Shown in pieces: positions 12,860-25,865 of a DNA stretch of 64,000 bases. Location: assembly GCA_030141605.1 (NCBI GenBank), contig JAQGDQ010000433.1, positions 124,001-188,000 of the forward strand. The letters are read 5' to 3'. The notes under the pieces were generated by a model that was not told the DNA's origin, did not search any database, and worked only from the letters and a program-made list of their open reading frames with translations. Each line of letters opens with the position of its first letter. Position 1 is the first letter of the stretch. The translations under genes and the position numbers were made by a program. This DNA is from Tubiluchus corallicola (taxonomy: Eukaryota > Animalia > Priapulida).

Positions 12860-13468
12860 AGCAATACCTAACCCAATCTTAAACTGTAAGTTAGAACAAT
12901 CTACTCTAAAATATTGAAAGGAAACGTACTATTTTTTTCAAAAATGACTTACATTAAAGAATTATTACCACACAAACACAATTTCACGTTCGCGCCACTA
13001 GTTCTTCAATGTTACATAGATTTCACCATTCGCTAGTTAGACGGGCACTAGCGTTTGCATTTCGGAAACGCATTGCGCAAAAACAGGTGCTGTACCTCTT
13101 AGTGCAGATGCGTTAGTTTGTGACGAAGCATCACAAGCATGTTTGTATTAGTTTGTCTGAGTATGGCGGTAAATTTAAAATTTTAATTTTTATCTTAAAA
13201 CTTGCCTAGTTTTTGTACAACACACTGAATCTCTTACAATGTACTTCAATTTTCGTTTTTGCAAACACGCTCACGGAATATTTTTCCTGTTGAAAATTGT
13301 GTTAGTTTGTGATGTCACCACTAATTGGGCTCGCTCGCCATTAATTAAGTTTTTAATCTATTAGTTAATTTTATCAGAAACGCTTTTGCAGTATTAATCG
13401 TATTAAAATGTATAGTTTTTATCGGACTTAAAAATGGGGCACTATATGAAGAATCATCCTGTTTTCCT
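12860..13468 (+). mobile_element. Kolobok-like non-autonomous DNA transposon, family K1, full length
   Basis: TTAA on both flanks (12856-12859, 13469-13472), AG...CT termini and imperfect TIRs (AGCAATACCTAA / TCCTGTTTTCCT). About ten related copies lie in this window. Confidence 0.8.
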
Positions 13469-13842
13469 TTAAGCGTAAAATACACACATTACAGCATGAA
13501 AGGGGTTACGTGTCCTCCATCACTGTTATGGCAACAAAAGTTTATCGCGCGACCGCTTCGCTTAGTATCAACCAAATGAAGTGACTAAAGACCCATTGTC
13601 CGTTCTCACACTCCAAACTTTCTCACTAAACTAAATCGTCAAACCATCAGCGGCACAAACTGTTTTACAAAACAGCCACAAATACGGCGATGAATAATTC
13701 AAGCTGATATTTCACTCCAATAGAGGAGCCGCTCATATATAACCCTGTATTTCTTTAAAGTGATCAATTTCCTAGCTGCTCGTGAGGAAAGCGTTCCTAA
13801 CTGTCCTTTAATGACGCTAGTGAAAGACTGAAGTAATTTTTA

Positions 13843-14111
13843 AGGCCGCGTTCAGACTCGCAAGCGTGTTCAGACTAGAGAGCAAAACTTGCTGTGAGTT
13901 ACTCTCCGACAGTAAGCACGAGACGACACTGACTTCTCTATTCACTGCAAGAAGTGTCGAGAGTAACTCGCCGAAGCATTCACATTATACAGCAAATTAA
14001 CTCGCAGCAACTTATGAGAGTTTGCAATAACTTAATCACAGTACCTCACAAGACAGTTCACATTTGCGAGTTTCTTATCAAAGAGAAAACTCGCTAGTCT
14101 GAACGCGCCGT
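13843..14111. mobile_element. PIF/Harbinger-like MITE
   Basis: TIRs AGGCCGCGTTCAGACT and AGTCTGAACGCGCCGT, with TTA and TAG flanks. Confidence 0.55.
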
Positions 14112-14204
14112 TAGACTGGCACATGCTTCAAACCAATAGCATGCAATTAGCTGTAAAACTTACAGGTTCCAGCAACGTAGACTCACCAATATCATCAGCA
14201 TCCT

Positions 14205-14425
<221 letters not shown>

Positions 14426-14517
14426 AACAGAAAAACAATAAGAACAACAACAAAAACAAGAATAGATCTTGATACATGTTGGCACTGATCTCCTAAATTT
14501 CACGCAGATTAAGTTAC

Positions 14518-15501
14518 CTTTTTCTGTTCATATTTTAGTGACAATTTCAAACGACCCAATGTAAGTTTGTCATTATCATACTCTGCGTCTTCTTCACCAA
14601 TGTCGCTATCATCGTCGCTGTCATCATCAGATGTTTTATTTAATACTGCTATGACCTCGTCTGTACTTCTGCATTGATTCAGCAAATCACACGCATAATC
14701 TTTACAGTCATCAGACAATTCAATGTAGATATCTTTAAATTCATTCTCTTTCATTGCAAGCTTGGACAGCTCCCAAGAGAGCTTGAAGGCGACTAGTATA
14801 GGATCTTCGCTGGTCAGCGACATCCATGCGGGACTAGCCAAAGCCCGATATGTATTCAATCGTAGTAAAGAATGTCTAAGGCTGTCTATGTTGTGCTGTT
14901 CCTTGCAGAAATCACAGTTACACGAATGCGGATGTGGTTTTTCTATGGTGGCGCCACGCGACAACAAAAGCTGGAGTATCTCAAACTGATTACAATGACA
15001 GGCGAGGATAATTGGGGAGATATCCCGTGAAAAATCTGGCGATTCGGCTTCGGATTTCCTTTGCAGTGACCAGGCTTCTCCCAGCATATCAGAACTGATG
15101 CTGTGATGGTTGATTAGCATTTCGACTATCCGGTAAACCCCTTCTTGTATGGCGTATAAAAGAGCGTCTCCAATTTTCACGCCTTCCTGCATTAGTAGAA
15201 GTTCTACTATTTCAATATTTTCGTTGTCTACTGCTATTTGTATGGCAGATCTTCCTAAAATGTTGGTACAATTGACGTTCACAGGACTGGGCTGCTGTAA
15301 GCAACGTATGACAGTGTGCTTGTCTCCTCTTTCTGCCGCTTCTAGGAAGAGGCGCTCTTTCGGATCCATTCGACTGGCGTCCGCCATCGTGTTCAAGGGC
15401 ATCCTCACAGAGTTGGTTGCAGTTGCTGAATTGAGGATTGTCGAGTGGCGCCTCGGTGTCTTCTGCATGACCTTATTAGTCACGTTGGCAACAGTCGGCA
15501 T
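14518..15501 (-). CDS. TRPC: Canonical transient receptor potential channel (TRPC4/5- or TRP-gamma-like), first coding exon: ankyrin repeats and TRP_2 domain
   Basis: Encodes ERLFLEAAERGD, NVNCTNILGRSAIQIAVDNEN, GDALLYAI, DISPIILACHCNQFEILQLLL, PHPHSCNCDFC, DSLRHSLLRLNTYRALASP, EDPILVAFKLSWEL, ENEFK and LKLSLKYEQKK. The acceptor at 15520-15521 is followed by an in-frame TGA, so the ATG at 15501 is the start. Donor AAG|gtaact, phase 0. Confidence 0.96.
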
Positions 15502-15621
15502 GATCACTTCTCTTATTCACTAAAAAGAAAGGGAAAGAACTTGAAAATAAAAATATTAAAAATTGGAACCAAAAACGTTTTAAAAGCCAGGTTAGTTAGT
15601 TGGATCAAGTAAGATCCTTAA

Positions 15622-16080
15622 AGGACAAGAAAAGTTGTACCTGAAGTAGGTTTCAGAAAAAGCACCTTAAAAAATTATATTACTTTACAGCAATTTTATG
15701 CGTATATCGTACTCGCGTTAAAAAGATTTTTTGTTTGTTTTCATTTTAAATCTTCCGCAATCCTGTTCCAACTCCGCCATTACATGACGTCACTTATGCA
15801 AACGCAAATTACAGGAAGAAAAGGAAATGCTAAATTATGTCGCAAAAAACTTTCCGTGTAAATCTGTATTACTTAGCATTTCGCTTACCAGCGGGAAAGA
15901 CTTATATAACTAGATATAATAATTTAAGATGTTCGTGCCTATTGGTAAAATGTCGCTGACTCACCCTCCAGGGTGCGCCAGTCACTAACCAAAACGTATT
16001 TTTAAACTTATTGACAAGATACAGTAATATAAAATTTTGCTTAGATAGTAATATGTGTGTTACACATTCTCTGATTATTT
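15622..16080 (+). mobile_element. Kolobok-like family K3 fragment
   Basis: Begins TTAA|AGGACAAGAAAAGTTG and is homologous to 6672..7200. Confidence 0.55.
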
Positions 16081-16312
16081 TGTTTTACGTGGACTTTGCG
16101 TATTCTGTGTGTAGAGTGATTTACTAGCAGGATCTTGCTTGGGAACAAGAAAAAATGAACTAGGTAAGGTCCTAGCTAGCCGTTAAAACTGTTACTATTA
16201 CAACAGCGTGGGCTGTGAGGCGTTGTCAAGTGTAGACAAATGCGTTGTCACGTACACTTAACCTTTGACCTTTTCACGATCATCATTAATCGGTGAAACT
16301 GTGAAGAGACTT
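16081..16312. mobile_element. AAGCC-TIR MITE family, partial copy
   Basis: Shares GATTTACTAGCAGGATCTTGCTTGGGAACAAGAAAAAATGAACTAGG with other copies; ends AACTGTGAAGAGACTT|AT. Confidence 0.65.
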
Positions 16313-17118
16313 ATTAGATGAATTTGCCTACAGTGACACCACGTAGATTTCTTGGTCATCTTCCGATATTTTGTAATCACTATAAAACTTAAAAATAATC
16401 AGCTGATGCATTTTACGATAAATTTTATAATTATTACCGACGCAGCGGTCGAGGATACAGAAACTAGAATCCAGCAAACGCAACAGCAATCATGTGAGCG
16501 ATTAACTTTTATAGTGCGTGTGAATGCGACTGTATGTCCCTACTATACATTACCAATTACCAATTACCAACAGACCACATGCCTGTATACTCAATGCTCT
16601 ATACTCTGTAGTACTGTAGTCCAGTCGTACATACTCTTTCACAGTGAGCATGTAGTTTGGGTTATCAATTTATATTTTCGTTTGCTTCTTAGTGACAAAT
16701 GTGATGTTTAAATAAGGCCACTAAAATCGTAAGTAGCCATAAATGATTCTACTTATAATACTAATTATCATGTAGTAACGACATAATTTCATATGCGGCC
16801 TATTGCTAATATTTTGTAAACAAACAATGGTATATTTTCCTTTTAATTTTGATTTTAAATGCGTAATACTAAATCTATCTATAATCGTTTTTTTCTCTCA
16901 ACTCATTTGCTAATTTTTGCTTACCTGTTCATCACTGCTGTTAGTTAATTATTAAGAAGATTTTGTTTCGCTAAATTTCTGCAGTTACACTATTTCCTTC
17001 TTGTTTTTCGATTTCTGTACTTTGTAAAGTAAATTTATATCAGGTTTATCGAACCAAATCAAAGCTGTATTGCCGTTTTTGTTAATATAGGTTTGGGTGC
17101 AACCACAGTGCGGATTCA

Positions 17119-17189
<71 letters not shown>

Positions 17190-17514
17190 TCTGTCGGAAA
17201 CTCATTTCCTAAGTAAGCAAATTACTATTCGTTCTGTATACATAACTGTATGCAGTATTTAAAGAAAGAGTACATAATTACTTCTGTAGTTTTACTGTGC
17301 AAGTTTGTATATAGGAAACTTATACACCGTGCTATACCTATACTAACTGCTTAATGAATAGGCCTGGTAAAAGTCCAAGGCAAGAAACAACTTGTTGTGA
17401 AAATAGCTATATATTTTCATTTATAGATTGTACGTTATGAAGTGATAATGTAAATTATGATGTTTTAACTCATATTGCTTTCATTTACAAAAATAATACT
17501 TTTCGTGAACAAAA

Positions 17515-17559
<45 letters not shown>

Positions 17560-18208
17560 TGCGTGTGTGTGTGTGTGTGTGTGTGTTCTCGTCTGTTCTC
17601 GTGTATTCTAGAATACTCTATACACCTAAAATGTTCAGTCCACATGTATATTACCACAGTGGCTTTCAATATATTGAGTGTTCTAGAATACACGAGAACA
17701 CACACGGAGCAATTTGTAAAACGTTGACCGCAAACGGAAAATAAATGTGAAAATAAGTTACAATCGTCATAATTGAATAACTGTATAGTTGTATTAAACT
17801 GAATTGAATTAAATGTGAACTTGAACTTGTTGCTTACCTGTTTGGCATATTAGTATATGAGCATGCAATATTTGAGTCTCATCCTGTCCCCTAGTGCATA
17901 GCTGGAAACAGTCTAATGTCCACTGTCACGTAGCTTCTGATTAAAGCTACAGTGCACGTCTTTTTCATGTTATTACTCCACACGAGAAATTACCGTATTG
18001 AAGCCAAGCTGTTGAAGCCTAAATTCTCACAATGACATCAACTGTTGCTGCGCCATCTATCCTCTGATAAGAGTAAACTATGTGCGAAAATTGGGAAAAC
18101 ACAATTTTGTTCTAATTGCTTAGGATCTTGTTAATTAGCTTCGAATGCGCCATTGTGCATCAAGGGCGAACGTTTATTACACGAAGGAAGATGCCAAGGT
18201 CAAAAGCA

Positions 18209-18620
18209 GCGGCAAGGACATAAAGACAAAACAATGCTCACGGCAAGGACATAAAGACAAAACAATACCCACGATAAGGACATAAAGACAAAACAATACC
18301 CATGGTAAGCACATAAAAACAAAACAATACCCACAGTAAGGATGTAAAAACAAAACAATACCCACGATAAGGACATAAAGACAAAACAATAACCACAGTA
18401 AGAACGTAAAGACAAAACAATACCCACGGTAAGGACGTAAAGCAAAAACAATACCCACGATAAGGACGTAAAGACAAAACAATAATCACAATAAGACGGT
18501 AAAACAAAACAATATCCACGGTAAGGATGTAGAGACAAAACAATATCCACGGTAAGGACGTAAAAACAAAACAATACAAACCGTAAGGACGTAAAGACAA
18601 AACATTACCCACAGTTAAGA
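18209..18620. repeat. 31-bp minisatellite, about 13 copies (AAGACAAAACAATACCCACGATAAGGACATA)
   Basis: Period measured from recurrences at 18211, 18242 and 18273. Confidence 0.92.
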
Positions 18621-18736
18621 TGTAGAGCTAGTGTCCGTCTAACTAGTGAATGGCGAAATGCTGTTACATTGCTTTAAGGAGTATCGGCAGGTGACGTATC
18701 AAAGCATTTCGAAGCCCAATGTTAATTGTGTACAAA

Positions 18737-18767
<31 letters not shown>

Positions 18768-18816
18768 GCGCACACGCACACGCGCACGCGCACACGCACA
18801 CACACACACTAATATG

Positions 18817-18872
<56 letters not shown>

Positions 18873-20624
18873 GAATATGTCTATAATGTGTATTATTTCG
18901 TGTATTATACTACTGTATGTGTGTGTGTATACAATTTTACCAATCTACTTGTATGTTGTAATAACTGTATTTTTAATAGCCATATTTTGTTTTAGTAGAT
19001 TAGAATGACGCCATTGCTAATTAACAGTTTAGTCATCATAAAATGACTCACTGCTATGCTGCTTCTTTGCTTCTGCGCTATTTACATTGTATATTCAATT
19101 GCTTGTCAATTACATATATTTTGATGACAATAAATAATTTATCTATCTATCTATCTAGTCGTATCAGCGAATACTGATTAATTAGTTTAGCTACCATTTC
19201 TCTCGCACCGATGTACTTATATTAACTGCTTCTAACTTGACTATTAGTCGTGTAATTTCTAACTGTGTAATAGTGCTTGTTTACCTTGCTCATTCTTTTT
19301 AAAAAGTTTTGTATTTTGTAATTTTATGCTGTACTGTAATTCAACCTTTTGGTTGTAATGATGATAAATAAACTTATTATAACTTATTACTTTAATTAAT
19401 ACTTGGGTTGTGTAGTATCTGTAGTGTTTTATATTTGTGGTGGGTATTTGAAACCATATACATGTGTAATATATGCCCTAATCCTTTACGTACGTATTAA
19501 CACAAATTGCTATGTTCGAATTTTTAATTGTACCGTGAGATAGTTTTGCGTTTACGTCAAAATACGTGTGTATATTTCCTATATGGTATGTAGTATTTTA
19601 TATGAGAGTGTATTTGGAAACGTTGTTTTTTAAATAGGAGCATTTTGCTGTAGGTAATATAATTTTTACTATATTACTCGTGTTTTTTATGCACTCCTGC
19701 TGCACTCGTACTTTTAATTTTTTGCACCAGACGCATCTGACTATTAGCAGTGTAGCCCAAGCAATCACTAAATTATATTTCACATTCTATGCTATCATTA
19801 TTTTATGGCAACTAAAGATATATGATATATGATATACATATATATATAATATATATATACATATTTAGTGGGTGCATAGGCCGTTTTTTGGGTTTAATTT
19901 TGTTTTCTATTATTGCCATGGTGCTGCCACCTGTTTTTTGATTTAGTAAGCATTTAGGCTTTTTACATTAGCATTTTGGCCTTTCGTGAGATATATCTGT
20001 AGTAGTTGTATGACATTTTACCTGGCTTTTGGTTCTCTCCGCCATTGTTCTATTTTCTTAGGCATTATGACTGTGAATTTCATCACTAGGGCTACTTGGA
20101 GTTCTCATTCCTGTCTTTCTAACTGTTAAAACCTCTAACAACGCAAGTTACTATTAAAGTTATAAATAACTACGTAAGTTATAATTAATTTCAATATAGT
20201 CTACATAATTTTCATATCAGTTCTTAGTTATAGTCATACACTTAATCATACAACTAGTTCTCTTCTACTCAATGCAAATTAAACTAAATGTTAATAATTG
20301 TATTTCAGAATAAAGAAACTTTTGGCCAACACTTTAAACTGGTGTTTGTTTCCATTTCAGTATGTATGTATATAACATTCAATAACTTTAACATGATTTA
20401 CTAAATAAGTCGATTTGCCTAGTTTGCCTAGTATAAAGGTAACCCTGCAATCTGTTTTTATTTGCCCTGCATGCCCAGCATAAAAATTCGATTCGAATTG
20501 TTTTTTAGCTCGAATTCGATTAGAACCTAAAATACCGTTCTAAATAAACCTTTTAACATATTTTTAAATCGCGCATTTTGGCTCGTTGGTGTTCTGGAGG
20601 TTACGTAACATGAAGAACTGACGT

Positions 20625-20710
20625 GAAAAACTTGAGGTTTGACAAGGATTTGAACCAGAAGCCTTTCAGATGCAAACCGTACTGATATCCGCTTACACTG
20701 CCTAGTCCCC
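20625..20710 (-). mobile_element. Possible decayed tRNA-derived SINE head
   Basis: The minus strand has a B-box GGTTCAAATCC (20646..20656), a weak A-box-like stretch about 40 nt upstream and a T-run downstream. It does not fold into a cloverleaf. Confidence 0.3.
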
Positions 20711-20802
20711 TATGATTACATTTTGATTGTTAAATTTGCAATTTTGAGCATCAATTTTATGCGTAACTAGTCGCAACATTAATCTTTAGAAAACTTAACG
20801 TA

Positions 20803-21010
20803 TCTTCCTTTAATTAACTCAGAATACTAGAGTATTTTCCTTTAATTAACTCAGAAAAATAGAGTATTTTCCTTTAATTAACTCAGAAAACTAGAGTATG
20901 TTCCTTTAATTAACTCGGAAAACGAGAGTATTTTGCTTTCATTAACTCAGAAAACTAGAGTATTTTACTTTAATTAACTCAGAAAACTAGAGTATTTTCC
21001 TTTAATTAAC
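20803..21010. repeat. 32-bp minisatellite, about 6.5 copies (TTTTCCTTTAATTAACTCAGAAAACTAGAGTA)
   Basis: TAATTAAC recurs at 20811, 20843, 20875 and onward. Confidence 0.92.
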
Positions 21011-21300
21011 AAATACTTTGGAACAACGACAAATTTGTTATAGCAAAGAATCGTCATTTAATTAAATTTACGATACAAAAATACATTTAGCAAAATATCG
21101 AATCCATTTTGGCCCAGATTGGAATGTAGGCGCCTTCGCATAAACATAAAGAAGCAAAGACGAATTTAGACAATTATGACTCTTCTTCCATTAAACTCCA
21201 AAGCTAACATTAGGAATACAGCGCATGCGTTGAAAACACGAGGAACAATAATAAATACCGCAATAACTTGGTCTGAGTGTCTAGACAAAATACCTTTTAA

Positions 21301-21844
21301 AGGAAAACCGGATGATTGTGCAAACATTAGTTCAGAATAAAGAATGCTCTAAAATATTCAAATCTACGATAGCTTTTTTAAATCAAAGCTTAGATTAAAT
21401 AATAATTACCTCGGATACTCAAATTTCATCAAACATTCGAAGCTACGCGTGGCTCAGTGAATCTACTAAGACTGGCAACGACGCCTTTTTGTCACGTTCG
21501 TGTGGCCGACAAATAGAAGGCGGTACCGTGATAACCATGATCTCGAACTGCAGTGTTAACTTCTGGCGTCATATGATGTAGAGCCCATTTTTTGTGACAT
21601 CATGCGTTTAAACAGTACCGTAACGCTTATCTAAATGTGATTGACGCGCAAGGATGACGCCTGCCATTGCACAAACAGTGATTAGTTTTTGACGTAAGCA
21701 ATAGCTGTGTTCGGTTGCCGTTAGTTAACTTTCTAAGCTAATTATTCAAATATAAAAAATTGTTAACTTTTATAGGCAAAAAAATGTATATTCTAGACAG
21801 TAAATTAAAATGAGATTGAATCTAAACAATCGTCCGGTCTTCCT
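21301..21844 (+). mobile_element. Kolobok-like MITE, family K2, full length
   Basis: TTAA|AGGAAAACCGGATGATTG ... CAATCGTCCGGTCTTCCT|TTAA: 18-bp TIR with two mismatches and a TTAA target duplication. Confidence 0.85.
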
Positions 21845-22013
21845 TTAACATTCAGTTACTGTATGTTAATAAAGCCAGCTTATTAAACCAGTTCTGTAAA
21901 GATAATTATTTGTACAAAATTATTTGTACATAATGATTGGACAATTAACAATGGAAGCAATAAAATTTTTACAAAAGCAAAAGAAAACGTACTTAACCTA
22001 ATACCTGCATTAA

Positions 22014-22525
22014 AGGTAAACCGGGCGATCGTGTAAACACGAGTTTAGAATAAAGAATGCTCTAAAATATTGAAAACTACAACAGCTTTTTTTAAAATTA
22101 AAGCTTGGATTAAATAATAATTACCTCGGATACTCAAATTTCGTTAAACTTTCAAAGCTACGCGCGGTTCAGCGAATACACTAAGACTGGCAATGGTACC
22201 CTTTTGTCACATTCGCGTGGCCAACAAATATGCGCGGTACCGTGATAAGCATGATTCGTGTTCGTTCGTGATGTAGAACTCATTTGTGTCTTATAGCAAT
22301 CTTCTCTTGTGCAAACGTGCTTGATGCGCATCGAAGATGCCTATCATTGTACAAAGTGTGGTTAGTTTGTGACATAAGCGACAGCTGTGTTGGGTGCCGC
22401 TAATGAATTTTCCAAGATAATGATTCAAATATTAGAAACAATTGCTAACTTTTATAGGCAAGAAAATGTACGTTTTGGATAGTAAATTAAAATGCGATGA
22501 GTATAATCAATCGTCCGGTTTTCCT
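22014..22525 (+). mobile_element. Kolobok-like MITE, family K2
   Basis: TTAA|AGGTAAACCGGGCGATCG ... CAATCGTCCGGTTTTCCT|TTAG; collinear with 21301..21844. Confidence 0.82.
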
Positions 22526-23147
22526 TTAGGTAATCCCATGCTATATTTCTGCAATCTTCATTCTGTAACTTTATTCATCTTTGTTTTATTACGACACGGG
22601 CCTTATTACAAGGTTTGTCCTATTCCGAGCTTGTTTTTGACACTAGAACTAGTAAAGGCATCAATACATTCACGCATATGCTCTCATTTTAACATTTATG
22701 TAATTACAAAATTAGATAAACCACTTAAGTAATCATTATTTACCGATTACATTCACAAGCTGATAACGTATTTTATAAATAACAACAAATTATTATACAC
22801 AATAATTATTTGGTAATACGTAATGACTTGTAATAATAACAAATGTTTAATTATCTTATAATATTCACGATGTAAGTGAAAGTTGTAACACTTAGACAAA
22901 TTTTGACATTAACAACAAAGATTTTTCTTTATTTTACAGTTGTAGCTTGATAAACACTAAAACATTTTACAAACAATTTCCACCATGATAGATGGACTGA
23001 TTACATGAGAAATATTGACAGCTAAAGTTATCAAAATTCTTTATGACAAAAAATGTATCCGTTTCAGAAACAACCTAATTTTATTAAACATTTATTGGAA
23101 AAATCTCGTTTTTCTACTCTACACATGCAGTCATCGTCAAAACTTAT

Positions 23148-23413
23148 ATAAACAACTCGCTATAATATAATAAATTTATGAAATTTTATTATAAAAATTC
23201 AACGTTTTCACTGCACTCTAGCAATCTTTGTGAGCAGAAATATAAAGAATGGTTTAAAATTCCTAACAGATTTGTGATAATGTTTACGTTTTGTTCACGA
23301 ATTTAAAATCATTCTTTACATTTTCGCTGAAGAAGACTGCCAGAGTACAGTGAAAATGTTGAATTTTTATAATAAAATATAATAAATTTATAATATTATA
23401 GCGAATTGTTTAT
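23148..23413. repeat. About 115-bp inverted repeat pair, Penelope-like pseudo-LTR ends with a decayed hammerhead core
   Basis: Arms 23148..23262 and 23299..23413 are diverged reverse complements. The right arm reads CTGAAGAAGACTGCCAGAGTACAGTGAAAATGTTG...AATAAA. Confidence 0.7.
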
Positions 23414-23491
23414 GAAATTGACAGTTAGCTGGCTGCAGTTGTACTGGCTTATACATTCATATCGTATTCATAACAGTTTTACAGTTACAGT

Positions 23492-23897
23492 AAGCCTTTT
23501 CACAGTTCCAGGGATTGATGATGATCGTGAAAAGGTCAAAGGTTAAGTATACCACACAACGCATTCGTGTATGCTTGACAAGGCCTCGTTCTATTGTAAT
23601 ACTAATAGTTTTAACAGCTAGCTAGAGCTTTACCTAAAGTTCATTTTTCTTGTTCCCAATCAAATTGCTCCCTGCTACTAAATCATTCTGCCCACAAACT
23701 AATGCATAATATGAGCTTATTTTAAGTGGATTGAGAATGCATAATTAAATAAAGTTCACATAAAACAACTAAAGTTGCTTAACTGATGTGATAGACGGCT
23801 TTGCTTTATGCACATGTCACGTGACGGTTGTTGCTAAGAGGTATTGCTGTGCTACACTTAACCTTTGACTTACAGCAAAAAAACTGTGAAAAGGCTT
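23492..23897. mobile_element. AAGCC-TIR MITE family, complete copy
   Basis: Perfect 16-bp TIRs AAGCCTTTTCACAGTT / AACTGTGAAAAGGCTT, with subterminal inverted GTCAAAGGTTAAGT / ACTTAACCTTTGAC. Confidence 0.8.
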
Positions 23898-24088
23898 ATT
23901 CTTCTTGCTCTCCACAAATGCCTTTCATCTAGATGGATGTCCCATAGATAGCTGTATATAAGAACTGACTATTTAAACACAATACAAACGGATAAAATTC
24001 TTATAAATAAAATGAAAAAACGACAAAGGTCAAAAACCTGTCACGAGAGAGTTTGTTACACAATGGTCTCTTGATCGGTGCCCGTGTG

Positions 24089-25865
24089 CTACACAATGGT
24101 CTCTTGATCGGTGCCCGTGTGCATTTTACTATGACCTTCAGCAGCTAGTGATGCTGCACACGACGAATGCACGCTGCTATCACTTCCGGAACTATCCTTT
24201 TTACACAAATTTTCCTTCTGCACTTTATGATGAGTCAGACATTCTTGTTGTTTCTTGGGAAACAGGTCAGAATGATGCGAGACCGCTGATGTTTCACTGG
24301 AACGTCCCGATTCGAGAGAGGCACAGCTACTTGAATGGGGAGCCAAGGAGGGGGCTTCGTCTTCTCTTTCCTGTGAGAACCTTTTCTCCTCAGTTCTGTC
24401 TTTCACGGGGAAATCATGGCTCTGGCTTTTGGAAGATAATGGCGACTCGCAGGCACTACTTTTATCTTGTTTTAGTTCGTGTTTGACTAAGCCACCAGGA
24501 TAAAGATAAGCGAGTGGAGAACCGGGACTAGCACTAGAAGTGGTATCACTGCTGCTACTGCTATCACTTTTGTACAAACCAACCTTGACCGCTGCCGGTA
24601 TTTTGGCTCTTGCACGGTGAGGCGAACCGTGTCTGTTAGCGGGATCTTCGGGATTTTCTAACTTAGAATGGATGGGTTTAATGTGCTTGTCGTGTTTGGT
24701 TTGAAGGAGGCGTTCAACGCTAGGTCTCTGCTGAAGCGCGCAAACAGCCGATTGTCCCAAAGATCCTGTCGTGTGGCTTCGCTTGTACGGGGAACCTTGC
24801 TTGCTGCTGTGAGACTGTATGGCAAATAACTGGGGCAGTGAATCTTGTTTTTCTTTCAAACTCTTCTCATGCTTGATAGCTGTTGGACGAGGACTGTGCT
24901 TCTTTTTCTCTTCTGCAGTTTGTAGCAGTCTTTCTACTGGAATTGTTGACATGGACAATGACGGATCACCATGCGTGTCATTCATACGAAGCCGCCTTTC
25001 ATACAATGGTGATGTAAATTTCACATCCCTGGGATCCGTTGGTACAGGAAGCTCGGGTTTGTCTGGAAAAATAGAGAATTTTTCACTCTCAAATGCCGGC
25101 ACAGTTGGTTCTGGTAATTTTGAACGTACCTGACATGCTTCATTTGTTTTTGTGCTCTCTGGCTCTGGCGCAGAAGTCTTTAGAAGTGCAGGATCGCTTG
25201 TTATTGCATCGGGTGCACTGAGTTTTCTGATCAGATCGGCAGATGGAGCCAGTAGATGAGAAACACTTGATGTCTTCAAACCGTCTAAGCTTGCTCTGTC
25301 TTCCCGCGTGCGATCTACCTCGTGGATAAACTGCTTTCGATAACTCATCGTGGTTCTTGGGAGGGCTTTCTCTCCCTTTATGTAACGCTGCAATAATTGT
25401 TCCCGCATTCGGCAAGACCTTGCGTCAAAATCCCATATTGTCCGAGGCTTTCCGCGAGCAGCGCCACCTTCACTTTCCGACAAGGACCTGTCTCGAGCCA
25501 GTTTCGCTTCACGGGCAGCTTTTGCCATTTCTGTTGATTCGGCTTGGTACGCTTCACCGGGATCGGAGCATTTTCGCAGGTTTCGTAAATTCTCTAGAGA
25601 ATCGCTGGAACCGTAGGGGCTCAGATAGTCCATTTTTGGTCCAAAGAGTTTTTCTGCAGAACCTGGCAGATTTTCATCGCACCTCTGAACACCTTTGTGC
25701 TCCTGAGAAAACGTCTTCGCCTCAACTGACCATAATGGCGGATGAAGAAGAGTTGGACTTGGGCCGCGCGAGCCAAATCCGTATCCATAGTCACTTATCG
25801 GAGATGGCTGAGGTGACAGAGCGTCTGTGCTGCTGCTACCCGAGTCCCAGTCTGTGTTATCTGAG
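24089..25865 (-). CDS. ARHGAP6: ARHGAP6-like RhoGAP, terminal exon (Ser/Pro-rich disordered tail ending in the class I PDZ-binding motif ETIV)
   Basis: Long non-repetitive ORF 24089..25876. The acceptor gtttttag at 25866-25867 joins in phase 2 to the preceding GAP exon (GA+C = Asp, then SDNTDW). Confidence 0.85.

Noticed and set aside
20625-20710. tRNA gene
   Set aside because: A B-box is present but the acceptor and D stems do not pair; kept only as a low-confidence SINE remnant.
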